Assembly (NCBI GenBank): GCA_030141605.1
Contig: JAQGDQ010000123.1
Coordinates: forward strand, 1 to 64,000
Length of the DNA stretch: 64,000 nt
Source: Tubiluchus corallicola
Taxonomy: Eukaryota > Animalia > Priapulida
Direction of reading: 5' to 3'
Each line of letters opens with the position of its first letter. Positions within the stretch are counted from its first letter, which is position 1. The position numbers were made by a program, and so were the translations under genes. This document shows, in pieces, positions 14,201 through 25,600 of this stretch. The notes beneath the pieces are model-generated. The model was not told the DNA's origin and ran no database searches. It worked only from the letters and a program-made list of their open reading frames with translations.

Positions 14201-16632
14201 TACTCTACGCACACATTAATGTATAATTAAATAAAGTCAATGTAAAACAACTGAAGTCACTGAACTGATGCGATAGATGGCTTTGCTTTACCCACATGTC
14301 ATGTAACGGCTGTAAGTAAGACGTTTTGCTGTGGTTCACTTATCCTTTGACCAACTGCTACTGCGCGTGCCCATAGCAAAAATGTAAAAAGAATTATTGC
14401 ACATTTTGTATGCGCCTGGAACATCTTAATTACAATGTTAAAATAAGGATAAAATAAATAAAAAAATAGACATTTTGTCAAAGATTGTCTATATTTTGAT
14501 GTCTTAACCCTTTATCTCCCAAATTTTTGCAGGTCAGTGCTGAGGAACCAGGAGCACTAATGTCTGACTCCCTGTTACTTCGTACCAAAGGCAAAGGCAA
14601 AACTTGGGCAAAAAGATGGTTCACGCTGCGTCCCGACTTTGTACTTTATTCCTACAAATCAAATACTGTGAGTATTTATATATGTTCTCTTTCCTTAAGC
14701 TTTAGCAGAGATTCTTAGTTCCCTTGTTCATTGTTCCACAGAGACCGGGTAGAATTTTCGATTTTACATTTTGAGAATTTTTAGCTTTCAGCAGTGGTGA
14801 CTTGTGTATAGACACTGTGAAAAAGCAGCATCCCCTATTTTCACTCAATGCTATTGTTAATATTCAACGTAATGAGTCTTTTTTCTTCAATTGTTTCTTT
14901 ATACATGTAAATCTTTGTACAGAACCAGAGCGTGTGACGGAATTGTGCACTTCACAGCTCCAGCAATGTGGTGTTTGGCTGTTGGGCACATGCAGCCATG
15001 TGCACATGTCTGAGATAAGATTCTGCATGCTATGTAGAGAAAGTACTGTCACTCATGCAGTGTCAATAAAGGAGAAAATGGTTGATCTTTTCGTACAAAG
15101 TAAAACGAGAAGAATGGATTTTGTTTGTAAACGAATAGATCAATTTGAACTTAATTTAATTGAATAAATAAATTAATTAAATAAATTTAACTTGAACTGT
15201 AACAATTTAGGCTATTGGTAAGTAAAACATATTTTTTTGTGTTTAAGATTTTATCAAATTTATGTATGAATTTTCTTTTTATATCTTTGTTTCATTTTAC
15301 ACAATATTAAAACAATGGCTAATAATTTTCTGAAGCAGCACCCCACTAACCATAGCTACAAGCTGCCACTGGCTATCAGATCTTTTGTTTATTGTGCCAA
15401 CTAGACCGGGTAGAATTTTGAATTTTACAGTTTGAGAATTTTTTGTTGTGCGGTCAGAATTGACTATCTTCCGTTGCTTGTTACAGTCAGAATCAGCTCT
15501 AACGTCTATGCCTTTGCCTGGCTTTACTGTCAGCCCAATCGACAAGTCAGACAACATCGACAAAGCAAATGTCTTCAAGCTGTCCCACAAGAAGAAAGTT
15601 TATTACTTCCAGACTGACAGTAAAGACAAGATGAACAGGTAACATGCAGAACATGGTCATTTACTAATACTTGCAATTGTTAATAAGAATTAGATGTAGA
15701 TTCGACATTCGTCATATATGGGTTTAGATACAGATCTGATTGAATGAAGATTTTTTCTGTTTTCGTATAACAACAATGTCAAATAACAGAAATGACGTAA
15801 GTAACTAATAGAAAGGGAAAAGGGTGGCAAAAAACCAAAGTTATTGAGTCAAACACCCTTTTCAACGTGTAGGAACTGTTGGTTTAGTAGCATTGTTTTT
15901 GTTACTTAATCTGTCTAATACGCGTTAACAAAAAGAAGTTCATAATTAATTTATAATTAAGTTAGGGTTAGCTATAATAAATTAAACAAATTTGTAGTAA
16001 CTTGAAACTTCAAACTTAGTTTATTTTCACCCAGCAAATTACAAAAGTCAGCAAAAACAATAGTAAGCAAATAATGAATATAATCATGCAGTTAAAATAA
16101 TAACGATTATAATAATAATAAATGTATATGCATCCAGTAAATGTTCCAGTCATACCGTTACAATAGCATTTTAGTTCTGTCATATCATATTGTCTTGAAT
16201 AGCCCAGCCTCATTCATGCAAACGTGTTCTGAACTGGTTGCCTAAAATTTGTGGCAACACAGATGATTTATAATTAAAACTTACTAATTATGTGCAGCTG
16301 CAAAAGTTGGTATCAGGGCCAGATTTAGTAGGGCCTAGGGCCAACAGGTATCTTGGGGCCCTTTGAAATTGATTTGTCACGCATCATGTAATCTTACGAT
16401 GACTTCTGCATATGTCACAATGTTTATCATGACGCATATCGTATAACAAGGCACTACGATGCAGTATTTTACTTCTTTGTTGAAATACTGCATTCTTTGA
16501 GTAAGAAACAGTAAAAATTTAACATAGGGATTACTATGTTATTAATTTTAGACATTTTTCTTTCATTTCAGATGGATTCAAGCTCTTGACAGAGCTTCCA
16601 AAGCAGAGTCTGTTGAAAGTGCACTTTCTTGA
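1950..16632 (+). CDS. FGD4: FYVE, RhoGEF and PH domain-containing protein (FGD1-4 type Cdc42 GEF), 5'-partial; 11 coding exons, 427 aa in window
   Basis: Exons 1950-2037, 2644-2694, 3586-3644, 7253-7399, 9311-9486, 10048-10150, 11732-11860, 12784-12966, 14533-14667, 15487-15638, 16572-16632. All introns are GT-AG with matching phases (1284 nt = 428 codons incl. TGA). Domain order is DH end, PH1, FYVE, PH2. PH1 (KEGRIIKISARSGDHQDRYLYLF) resembles FGD1-4; the exact paralog name is uncertain. Confidence 0.93.
2644..2694 (+). CDS. FGD4: FGD exon, DH domain (EYLKRLPADSPDRADAE)
   Basis: tgcag/gtaagt, phase 1-1. Confidence 0.92.
3586..3644 (+). CDS. FGD4: FGD exon, DH C-terminal helix (KALSQVSSAAHHINNMMRRI)
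   Basis: tttgcag/gtaagt, phase 1-0. Confidence 0.92.
3811..3904. repeat. (TAA)n microsatellite
   Basis: Direct reading. Confidence 0.98.
5152..5258. repeat. (ATT)n microsatellite
   Basis: Direct reading. Confidence 0.98.
6640..7190 (-). mobile_element. 3' fragment of a CR1-type LINE
   Basis: Degenerate ORF2 C-terminus YESYPHRLQILSLKSLEKRRIISELCMCYKI...FFSNRVVSIWNSL. Confidence 0.75.
7253..7399 (+). CDS. FGD4: FGD exon, start of PH1 (DKFRKLLEIKDSLGGAVDLVSPTREFIKEGRIIKISARSGDHQDRYLYL)
   Basis: ttttag/gtatg, 49 codons, phase 0-0. Confidence 0.94.
7410..7725 (+). mobile_element. 3' end of an L2/CR1-type LINE
   Basis: NSLPQNL...FKKRLKTHLF-like ORF end; 3' UTR ending gtgcgctttataaaa(tattt)n. 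Confidence 0.6.
8612..9010. mobile_element. MITE with expanded subterminal AAAAAGTCACAG repeats
   Basis: Array of (A)5-6GTCA(C/T)AG at 8635-8890; inverted TGTGACTTT copies and terminal gaatccaggtgaaagtca / tgactttatcacc. Confidence 0.55.
9311..9486 (+). CDS. FGD4: FGD exon, PH1 (FSDILLLCSE...KTIELYTR)
   Basis: ccgcag/gtaag, phase 0-2. Confidence 0.92.
10048..10150 (+). CDS. FGD4: FGD exon, PH1 C-terminal helix (IPADKALWMEALSKTIVEYK...)
   Basis: tttcag/gtatt, phase 2-0; invariant PH Trp present. Confidence 0.9.
10436..10840. mobile_element. hAT-type MITE (family E)
   Basis: Begins TAGGAGTGAGCA; TTCGAA-rich body homologous to 17044-17390. Confidence 0.7.
11732..11860 (+). CDS. FGD4: FGD exon, FYVE first half (LGRKAPSFVKD...CMNC...KKRKSCRACGL)
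   Basis: ttgcag/gtgag, phase 0-0; CxxC pairs. Confidence 0.93.
11935..12027 (-). mobile_element. tRNA-derived SINE head
   Basis: Minus strand ggtgtgTAACTCAGTGGcag...gtgGGTTCGATTCCcagccgagttacataccagtcttaaaaaatggt: Pol III A and B boxes without a proper cloverleaf. Confidence 0.7.
12784..12966 (+). CDS. FGD4: FGD exon, FYVE second half (VLCSKC...YDNYKPNKVCGKCY...)
   Basis: ttatag/gtatt, phase 0-0. Confidence 0.92.
13039..13158 (+). rRNA. 5S rRNA-derived sequence, copy 1 (SINE head or pseudogene)
   Basis: 120 nt GACTACGGCC...CTCGTCTGATCACCGAAGTTAAGC...TTAGTACTTGGATGGGTGACC...GCTGTAGGCTT with A and C boxes; no downstream T4+ terminator. Confidence 0.92.
13198..13317 (+). rRNA. 5S rRNA-derived sequence, copy 2 (head of a SINE3-type element)
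   Basis: 120 nt full-length 5S-like sequence, about 8 differences from copy 1, running directly into retroelement sequence. Confidence 0.92.
14010..14437 (+). repeat. Dispersed repeat (family D), second copy at about 52945-53368
   Basis: About 420 bp of clear similarity (gatcgtgaaaaagtcaa.ggttaagtgtaccagac...acatcttaattacaat). Confidence 0.75.
14533..14667 (+). CDS. FGD4: FGD exon, PH2 start (...KTWAKRWFTLRPDFVLYSYKSNT)
   Basis: ttgcag/gtgag, phase 0-0; WxxRWFxL PH motif. Confidence 0.93.
14792..15371. mobile_element. hAT-type MITE (family C)
   Basis: TIR CAGTGG(tga)CTTGT/ACAAGCTGCCACTG, TSD gctttcag/gctatcag; related copies near 32860-33283 (inverted), 41040-41300 and 55493-56020. Confidence 0.8.
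15487..15638 (+). CDS. FGD4: FGD exon, PH2 (SESALTSMPLPGFTV...VYYFQTDSKDKMNR)
   Basis: ttacag/gtaac, phase 0-2. Confidence 0.92.
16572..16632 (+). CDS. FGD4: FGD last coding exon (WIQALDRASKAESVESALS*)
   Basis: tttcag acceptor, PH terminal-helix Trp, TGA at 16630-16632. Confidence 0.9.
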
Positions 16633-17043
16633 TGATTAGCAATACGTTTTGTTGCTTGTACTAAATGAATCTAATGTATAACGTCTTTCCATTATAAGTT
16701 TAGAATTTTTTTCAAGAAAATCAAAAAATCAATCTTTGCTGGATTGCTATGAATTCGTGTTATGAATCTGATGCTTAATGTCTTTCCAAAACTTCTTGAT
16801 TAATCGTGTCTGGATTATAAAATTGAGGACAACTCATAAATGCATAGAACTTGCTTTATGTTATAGAGCACTTGTAAGTTGTTAATGTATCATAGGTAAC
16901 TAAAGCAATTAGACAATTAAGTCTATATTTCAGTGAGAGATAATAAAGTGTGTTACAGTTTTTACCAAGTTTTTCTGTAAATATCTGGTAAAACGAGAAA
17001 GACCAAAAAATAACAGCAAGACAACTTTTTACTGGGTAGAAAT

Positions 17044-17390
17044 TAGGAGTGAGCATCAAAAGTTCGAATTCAATTCAGATAAGTTTTGTTTAGTTCGAAT
17101 TTAATTTGAACCTAAAATTATAGTCGAATAATTCAGCGCTTCAATTGCATATGTTTTTTATCATTGAAATGTTTGAAACATCATGTAACTGGCATTATTT
17201 AGCTGTGATTTTGGGGTACAATTATAAACATATTATTAGTGTTTTTACTGCAAAACTAATTAAGTAGCACACAAGATGTTTGTGAGGCCACTTTCTCTTT
17301 ATTCCAAAATGCTGAAATTCGATTTAATTCGAATTTAATGGTCATAAATTCGATTCGAATTCGCTCTCTCATAGAGAATGTTCATCTCTA
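17044..17390. mobile_element. hAT-type MITE (family E) in the presumed FGD 3' UTR
   Basis: TAGGAGTGAGCA...TGTTCATCTCTA, decayed TSD gtagaaat/gttgaaac; homologous to 19729-20136 (inverted). Confidence 0.75.
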
Positions 17391-17931
17391 GTTGAAACAT
17401 AGTTTAAACGTGTAATGGCAGACTCAACGATGTTACAAGAAACTCGCTGAAATTTCTCTTAGTCTCCTGTCACGAGCTAAATGAACCTAAGGAACCTCTT
17501 TTTATATTTTAACAACTTCAAGTACAGAAAAGGAGCATTATGTTTATAAAATTATGCATTTTTACCAGTTTATTAAAACTGATTAAATTTTCATAATCAC
17601 TTTATCCTATTTAAGGCTGGTGAGCCTATTTAATGAACAATCAAGTATCATTGAAATATGCATTGTTAGTTATTGTTGATAATTATACAGTTGTTATTGT
17701 TATGTATTAGCTTGTATGTAATTTAGAGTTTATTATCAACTCTCTGCACCTTCTAGACTGACCATTTATGTTTTCTTTCGCATTCAGTTATGGCGCACAG
17801 TAGCTGCTGTAAAACAAAGTCCGATATTTTCTAAAATTCTGCACTACCTAAAATTTATACTGTTAGCAATAGAAATCCTTTACGTGTAAGCTGTAGAAAA
17901 TTTACCATAGCTTAACTGGCATTTATTTTGG

Positions 17932-17937
17932 AATAAA
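17932..17937 (+). terminator. Probable poly(A) signal of the FGD gene
   Basis: AATAAA followed about 20-35 nt later by a T/GT-rich tract (ttttttgttttgtttc). Confidence 0.55.
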
Positions 17938-18944
17938 AAGGTTTAATATGTAGTAATTTTTTGTTTTGTTTCAATGTTCAGGCTACCAGAAAGTAAAAAT
18001 ACTAACAATGACCATTATATTAAGAGATGCTTGTTTAAGAAAATGTGAAATGAAACGTTTATAATGAAATGAAAACCCAGCAAAATATTATTATAGTAAT
18101 GGCTAATGTCTTTATTGACAAACAACTGAAAAATAACCATTTTCTGGAAATTTTATCAAACCATAATTACAATATACACATTTCTGTTATCACAGACATC
18201 TTACAGATGAAAAGTAGACACACATTACAGCAAACTAACAATGAATAATCAATACTGCAATGCAGCAGTGAACCGTCTTAATAAGCAGTACTACGCTACA
18301 GCTAATAATATTGATGTTATAGCTGTAAATATAATATAATAATGTTTTACTTCATAAGAACATATTATCAATGTAGTTACACATCAACAGCCTCCGGTCT
18401 TAAACAAAGAAATCTATAACTCGTTGTCACTTGACTGATCACGTATAATGCAATTACAGATTTATTCGAAGTAAAATAGTACATAAAGCAGCAATTGCAG
18501 CAGACGTCACTGATTGAGATCTCTTTTCTACTATGTAATGAATGAAAAGTGAGTTTGATATGTGATCTTCAACATATATATGCCAAGTAAAAATCACCTG
18601 ACAGGTAAATTCACCTGATTTTTCTTTTGAACTGCACAAAATAGCAGATACTCCAAGTGTATAAAGCATGAATGTGCTCCAAACAAGTATGCAAGTATGA
18701 CTCAGCAATCAAGCTGCATTTACTGAATTACTTCGTAACTATTTATGATTTCAATCGTTTATGCAAATGTTTATCATAAGCATGCGCAGAAAAACTATGC
18801 AAATTTTACATAGCATTTACCATATTGTGGGATATAAAACCATTTTAAGGGCAAAAGTAAATTTGCTAACCGAAAAACCTTACACAATTTTTACACAAAA
18901 AGGCAGACTGTTAAACATTTTGTGTCTTTTAAAGTTCTTATGCG

Positions 18945-19402
18945 CATAGCTATGACTTAAAACCTGGCTAGGCCACAAATAGAACTATGGCTTGAGACCT
19001 GACTAGGCCAATATTAGAACTATCACCTGAGACCTGACTAGGCCACCATCAGAACTATCACTTCAGACTAGATTAGCCACAATTAAAACTATGACCTGAG
19101 GCCTTACTAGGCCACAATCAGAGACTAGCCACAGTTAAAACTATGACCTGAGGCCTTACAAGGCCACAATTAGAACTGTGACCTAAGACCTGACTCGGCC
19201 ACAATTAGAACTATGGCCAACCACACCACAAAAAACAACACACCACAACCAAACAACCAACCACCACACAAAAACCACCAAACCACAGGCCACAATTAGA
19301 ACTATGGCCTGAGACCTGACTAGGCCACAATTAAAACTGAGACTTGACTAGGCCACAATTAGAACTGTGACCTGAGACCTGACTGTCAAACCATAATTAG
19401 AG
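18945..19402. repeat. About 35-bp degenerate minisatellite in the presumed C12orf56 3' UTR
   Basis: Unit tagaactatggcctgagacctgactaggccacaat, interrupted by an A/C-only tract at about 19218-19287. Confidence 0.85.
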
Positions 19403-19531
19403 CAGTAATTTAATGGAAGTACATGATTTTGGAATTGACCATTATGCTAATTCAATACGAGCAAATGTGTAATTATGTGGAGAACAACATCAAGTCAAAA
19501 AAGAGGCAAATATATCATCACAGAGTACTCT

Positions 19532-19640
19532 TCATCGGCACACCTCGTGTACGACCTTGTCCACCAGTCTCAACAATTGAGCCTTGATAGGATATTTGAC
19601 CAGAGTTTGACAATTATTGACAAATGGTTTCGCATAATAT
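19532..19640 (-). CDS. C12orf56: C12orf56 last exon (KYYAKPF...KYPIKAQLLRLVDKVVHEVCR*)
   Basis: tttcag acceptor, TGA at 19534-19532; YPI motif matches the human C-terminus as recalled. Confidence 0.9.
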
Positions 19641-22600
19641 CTGAAACAACAAAGAGGAGAAATACACATTCACTCTGTAATTGCTTTGTGCAGGTTTTCT
19701 AGAGTCTGTGAACGAAGTTAACAATAATTAGGGGTGAGCATTCTCTACCAGAAAGCAAATTCGAATTGAATCGAATTTGCGACTTTAGAATTCGAATCAA
19801 ACTGAATGTCAGTATTTCGAATTCGAATTGAGTTGGAAAGATTTTCGAACCAGTAGTAAAAAGTGGTCTTTCAAAGATCACGTATATTACTTGATTTTGT
19901 TTTGCAGTAAGACCACTATAAGCTTGTTAAAAAATTTGCACAGAAACTGCAACTAGACTGTGATAACTGCATGCTGTTTCAAACATTTTAAAGAAACGTT
20001 TTATCATTTCAAACATGATAAAGAACGTATGTGGCTGAAGTGCTGAATTATTCAAATCTATAATTTTAGGTTCAAATCAAATTCGAACTAAAAAAACTCG
20101 TTTGAATCAAACACAAACATTGGATGCTCACCCCTAACAATAATAGACTGAGTCATCAATCATTGCATGGTTATAATCTATATTACGTCATATAGATATT
20201 ATATAATCTATATCGATGTAATGTGAATAGCTCAGCAATGCTTTTCCTTCAGAGAAACCTAAAAGCATAATTTTCAACAGCAAAAATATTAAACAAGCGT
20301 GTTGTACGTGTTTGCGAAAGCAAAAATTGAAGTACAGTGCTACTGTAATTTATTCAGTGTGTTGTACCAAAATTATGCAAGCTTTAAGATAAAAATTCTA
20401 ATTTGAAATTTATCTCTGTGCTCATGAATGAGCTGCTGAACGTGTGTAGTTCGTCACAAATTAACACAACTGAAGTGAGACGGGCTAGTGCCCGTCTAAC
20501 TAGCGAATGGTGAAATGCATGTAACAGTGAAGAGCTAGTGGCCCGAACGCGAAACTGTGTTTGTGTGGTAATAATTCTTTCACGTAAGTCATTTTTGACA
20601 AAATGGTATGTTTCCTTTCAATATTTTAAAGAGTAGATTACTTTGACTTACATATATAATTCACCTATGTACAAATCTGATGCTAATTGTGTACATACTT
20701 GAACTCAACAGAGTAAGTTGTTTTCAGCTCCATCTCTAGGCCGGAAGAGTAATCAAGAATGTCGGATAGCAGTGTGAACACATAAAGAAGTAATACAGCT
20801 TCATCTGGTGATGGAGCTTCACCCAGACAAGATGCGAGTATCTCAAATAACAAAGTCAGGACGGATTTTAAAAAAGCTTTCTGCAAATAAACAAACAAAA
20901 ATTGGTTTCATTATATTTTAAGCGACAATGAAGCAGTAGTTATAGTAAATAAAAATTTGTATCATTCACTCTAATCTACAAGATAAGGCCAGTGTTACGC
21001 AGAGCTGGATCCAGAAAGCATAAACACTGATGAGAAAAAGCCGCTTCATGTTAAATGAATGTATGATAACCAATGGTCCCTGTCACACAGACAGGGTAGT
21101 ATCAACACTTTACGACGCCCTAGGCTGATAGCTCTGTCCCGCCCATCTCTATCGTGAATTTATGGTTGTTTATGTAATGAGACGATTAAACAATTATTTG
21201 TGGTGTATTAGAAACACTATTAACCTTGTTTTGCATGGTCATTATTAATTACATGTATTTGCATAGCGCTTATATTCAAGCAGGCTGTGCAACTGCTTGT
21301 TGTGTAATATCTTGCACCTGTTTGTTATGTAGCATTTATATAAAAGCTGAGCTCTGTAACTACCTGTGGTACGTTATAAACTCTTTTTAGGCAATTAGGT
21401 AATAATATAAAAATGACTCACCACATTTTCTTGTTGAGCAATAAATGAGACAAACCAAGAAATATTCACACATTCTCCGCTAGATGTCTCCACTTTAGTG
21501 GCATGGGAACACAGTTCATGAAGCTCGTACAGCAAGCCTATAGCAGCAGAAATTAACTCCCTCTGCAAAACTGACACCTGCAAAATAATGGCAAAGCAGT
21601 CAAGTGGAGAGTGGTGTTACATACAATAAAATTCCAAACACCAGTTATTAATAATTCTTATCAATATTAATCTCTTTCTAGAATTATTAAATAAAAAGAA
21701 ACAGTCACATCATAATAACATTAATACAAATAATACCATATGTCGTGAGCACACACTTTTTTAAAGTAAAAGCACACCTAAAAAAACTGAACAAAAATTC
21801 CTTAGTTGAAGAAAAGTGAATTTTAAAATATATTCTAAGAATTTTCCATACAAAAATATGTTGCTTAATATTACGCTTACCTGTTTTAAGATTCACGTAC
21901 TTAGAAAAAAAAGATAATTTAAAACATTCACGCCACCTGGTAAAACGGCACTGCGTCATCATCCCTGCACCACTGATTCACCACAATATAGATCTTATTG
22001 ATAATGTAAAGTAATTTGAACTTTTGTTTAGTTAGCTAAATATATACTGTGAATCATCTCAATATTATTCAGACTCTACGCAAATGTTGCCTAAACTTCT
22101 TTCAAACGATTTACCATTAAAATGACTGCACGTAACGGTCATCGCGAGAGTTTAAACTTACTAGATTAATACAGCGTTACTGCTGATGCAAGCCCTACAC
22201 GCAATAAGATAGCAAGTGGTATGAAATTTCAGATGAATTTTCCTTGTTTTCTTTATGAAGAGTGTTGCCTTGTGCTTTAAGAGGACAAAAAAGCAACTCT
22301 TGTGCTCCAAGCTTACAAACTAATACTAATAACAATTTATATAACAAGCCTACAGCTAGTCTATCTGTACATTCAAATTTTCATTGATGAACATATTTAT
22401 ATTTCAACAGCTAGGTAAACTGGCTCGTCTAATAGATGTGCATTCTGCAATAGCAATTGAAAGACCTTTGAAAGATATTGACAGAATTTATTATTAATAG
22501 TCTACGCACGTGCCAACACTACTCTTTAATCATTAATCACGCTGTTGTTCAGTAAAGCTATCAAGCAATTCATCATAATCCAATGACAAAGTTTCTGAAC

Positions 22601-25600
22601 TTCTTTGTTATAAATCACCCGGGAAATCAGCCGGGAAAAAATTTCCAGGCTGAGTACAGGAAATATGTTTTTATTTTATTACGAAAACACCAAACAACAA
22701 TACAATATAGCAAAACACATTATGATAACAAGGTATGCAAACGATTATAGAATTACATTTCTTAATAGAATCGACATGGCATGATATCTATACAAATTGT
22801 TACTTACATTATGATCAGAAGCATTACTAGTGTGACTATAATGCAATTAATGGTACTGGTGTTTAGGTGCAAAAAAGGGAAAGTAAAAAATGATGGAATG
22901 ATAGTGGAGAGTACAGGAGATGGGAGTTAGTAGGATTAGGTTAGTGAAATGATGACAATGAGAATGAATATGAAATTGCAATTAGGATATTGCAAAAATA
23001 TATACACATTTATGAACAGAAGTACATTATGGGCCAGTCTGTCAATCGCTGTGAATCTCAACAAATGTGTGAACGTGCTATACAAGCTCAACCTTTAATA
23101 TGAATTTAACAATGAAGCTTTCAAACTTTTTTTGAATCTTGGTAAGAAAGAAATTGACTTAATATTTGCAGGTGTTTTGTTCCACATGCTGGGACGAATA
23201 AACGCAACATTAATCCCACACCAGACAACTTGATACTCATTAAATCTAGTATTGTAACGTTTTTCATTAAGATTAACAGGATTAACGAAAAAAGCTGGCA
23301 GAGATTTATAGTGAGTTTTGTGAGAATATAGTTATATTATATTTAAATAAGTTGTCAATGGTCATTTGTTTGAAATCTTTGAGGTAGAAGAATTAATAAC
23401 TAATTAAAATAATCAGAATAATGTGCGACATAAGTGAAACTAAGGAAACAAATAGTCTCTGTTATGTAGTTGTAGGTTGTTATTTACAGTCGGCGATAAT
23501 AGCTCATTGAGCTAATGTTAATTGTTGACTCGAAAGCCGACTTTAAATAAAGATTATTATTATTATTATCATTATTATTAAACAAACTTTCCTGAGCTGT
23601 TTAAAGTAGGCTGAAAGTAAATACCTAACAAATCAATTCTCTGACTCTTTCACCATAATTAAAAATGACTAAAAATGACATCATGCTCTTCATTTTCACT
23701 ACGTAAAAATGACTTTGCATATATGCAACTGTTATGCTACTTCTTGCCAAAAAAAACAGAAGTTTTAATAACAATTACCTCTTGAGTATCTGCATCTTGC
23801 AAGGATAAGTGACTAGAAATGTGTATATGGCAGACAGCTTTGATTAAGCTCATGATTTTTGCACCCCTGCAACAGGCCAAAAACAAGTTTAAATGAAGCA
23901 TTAAAAAATAGCAAAATTATACATTTTTTTCTGTTTTTAGTCCAAATTAATAAAATACAATGTGGTATGGATAATGAGATTAAAACAGATTAACGCTGCA
24001 CAAAGTCTGTTTCCTTTAAGATGTTGTTTGCTTTATTATCCACATTATTTAATTAATATAACATACCTATTTATAACTACATATACAGTGAAAAGAAGTG
24101 CTAATTGTTACATAGATAGGAACAGCTCAGTAGTTTTCTTAGAAGATGTTCAAGTAATAGAGTGCAATTAAAACTGGGTTTTCACACAGGCCCGAATTCA
24201 CCCACTTTAGGGCAATAGATCAAACTCCTCAGTGGACTGATCACTGATATAATTTTTGCCCTAAGCTGAATTCTGTTTTGCTTTGGCTTTGACAAATTCT
24301 TTTATCTTCTTGAATTGCGTTTGCTTGATAAAATTTTCGCTTTGAGTTTCATTTTATTTGACATTTCATTTTTTGCTATAAGTTAAGTTCCATTTTGCAT
24401 TGCTTGTGATAACTTCCTTTTATTCTGAGTGGAATTGCATTTTTGCTTTGAGTAGATTTTTGTTGCTCCTGTTTGATATTATTTTTTGCTCTACATTGAA
24501 TTTCATTAATTTTTTGCTTGATATTATGCCTTGTTATACTTTGAATTGCATTTCTGCTTTGAGTTGATCTTCGTTGCTTTTGCCTTTTATATGTACACAA
24601 ACACCTAAAAAATGTCATGAACCTGTGAGTAAACTTGTATTTTTAATAAGGGGCAGCTGACCAAGTGACCAATAGGTCTTTTGCTGCTCCTTCTCAGCTG
24701 CAATGAAATGTAAAAATAATTATGACGAATTTTAACTGCTATTGAGAAAATAAAATTGAATTGAATTGAATCAGACCCCTAAATTTATAGAAATGTTGGC
24801 ATGCTTCAGCATCCAGTATTATATATTGTTAAAAGTAATTTTTTGCAATGGTCAAATGTCAACGAATCTACATAATATCACAATATTAAAATGCAAGAAA
24901 AACAACGTAACTGCACCCTATACTTATTGCACAGGCACTGTGCAATAGGATTTTGAATATGTTACATAATGAAAGACACTGTGCAATGGGATTTTGAATA
25001 TGTTACATAATGAAAGACCCTGTGCAATAGGATTTTGAATATGTTACATAATGAAAGACACTGTGCAATGGGATTTTGAATATGTTACATAATGAAAGAC
25101 ACTGTGCAATGGGATTTTGAATATGTTACATAATGAAAGACCCTGTGCAATAGGATTTTGAATATGTTACATAATGAAAGACACTGTGCAATGGGATTTT
25201 GAATATGTTACATAATGAAAGACCCTGTGCAATAGGATTTTGAATATGTTACATAATGAAAGACACTGTGCAATGGGATTTTGAATATGTTACATAATGA
25301 AAGACCCTGTGCAATAGGATTTTGAATATGTTACATAATGAAAGACACTGTGCAATGGGATTTTGAATATGTTACATAATGAAAGACACTGTGCAATGGG
25401 ATTTTGAATATGTTACATAATGAAAGACCCTGTGCAATAGGATTTTGAATATGTTACATAATGAAAGACACTGTGCAATGGGATTTTAAATATGTTACAT
25501 AATGAAAGACCCTGTGCAATAGGATTTTGAATATGTTACATAATGAAAGACACTGTGCAATGGGATTTTGAATACGTTACATAATGAAAGACCCTGTGCA

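Noticed and set aside
19218-19287. A/C-only tract as a functional element
   Set aside because: Low complexity inside a minisatellite; may be slippage or a sequencing artefact.
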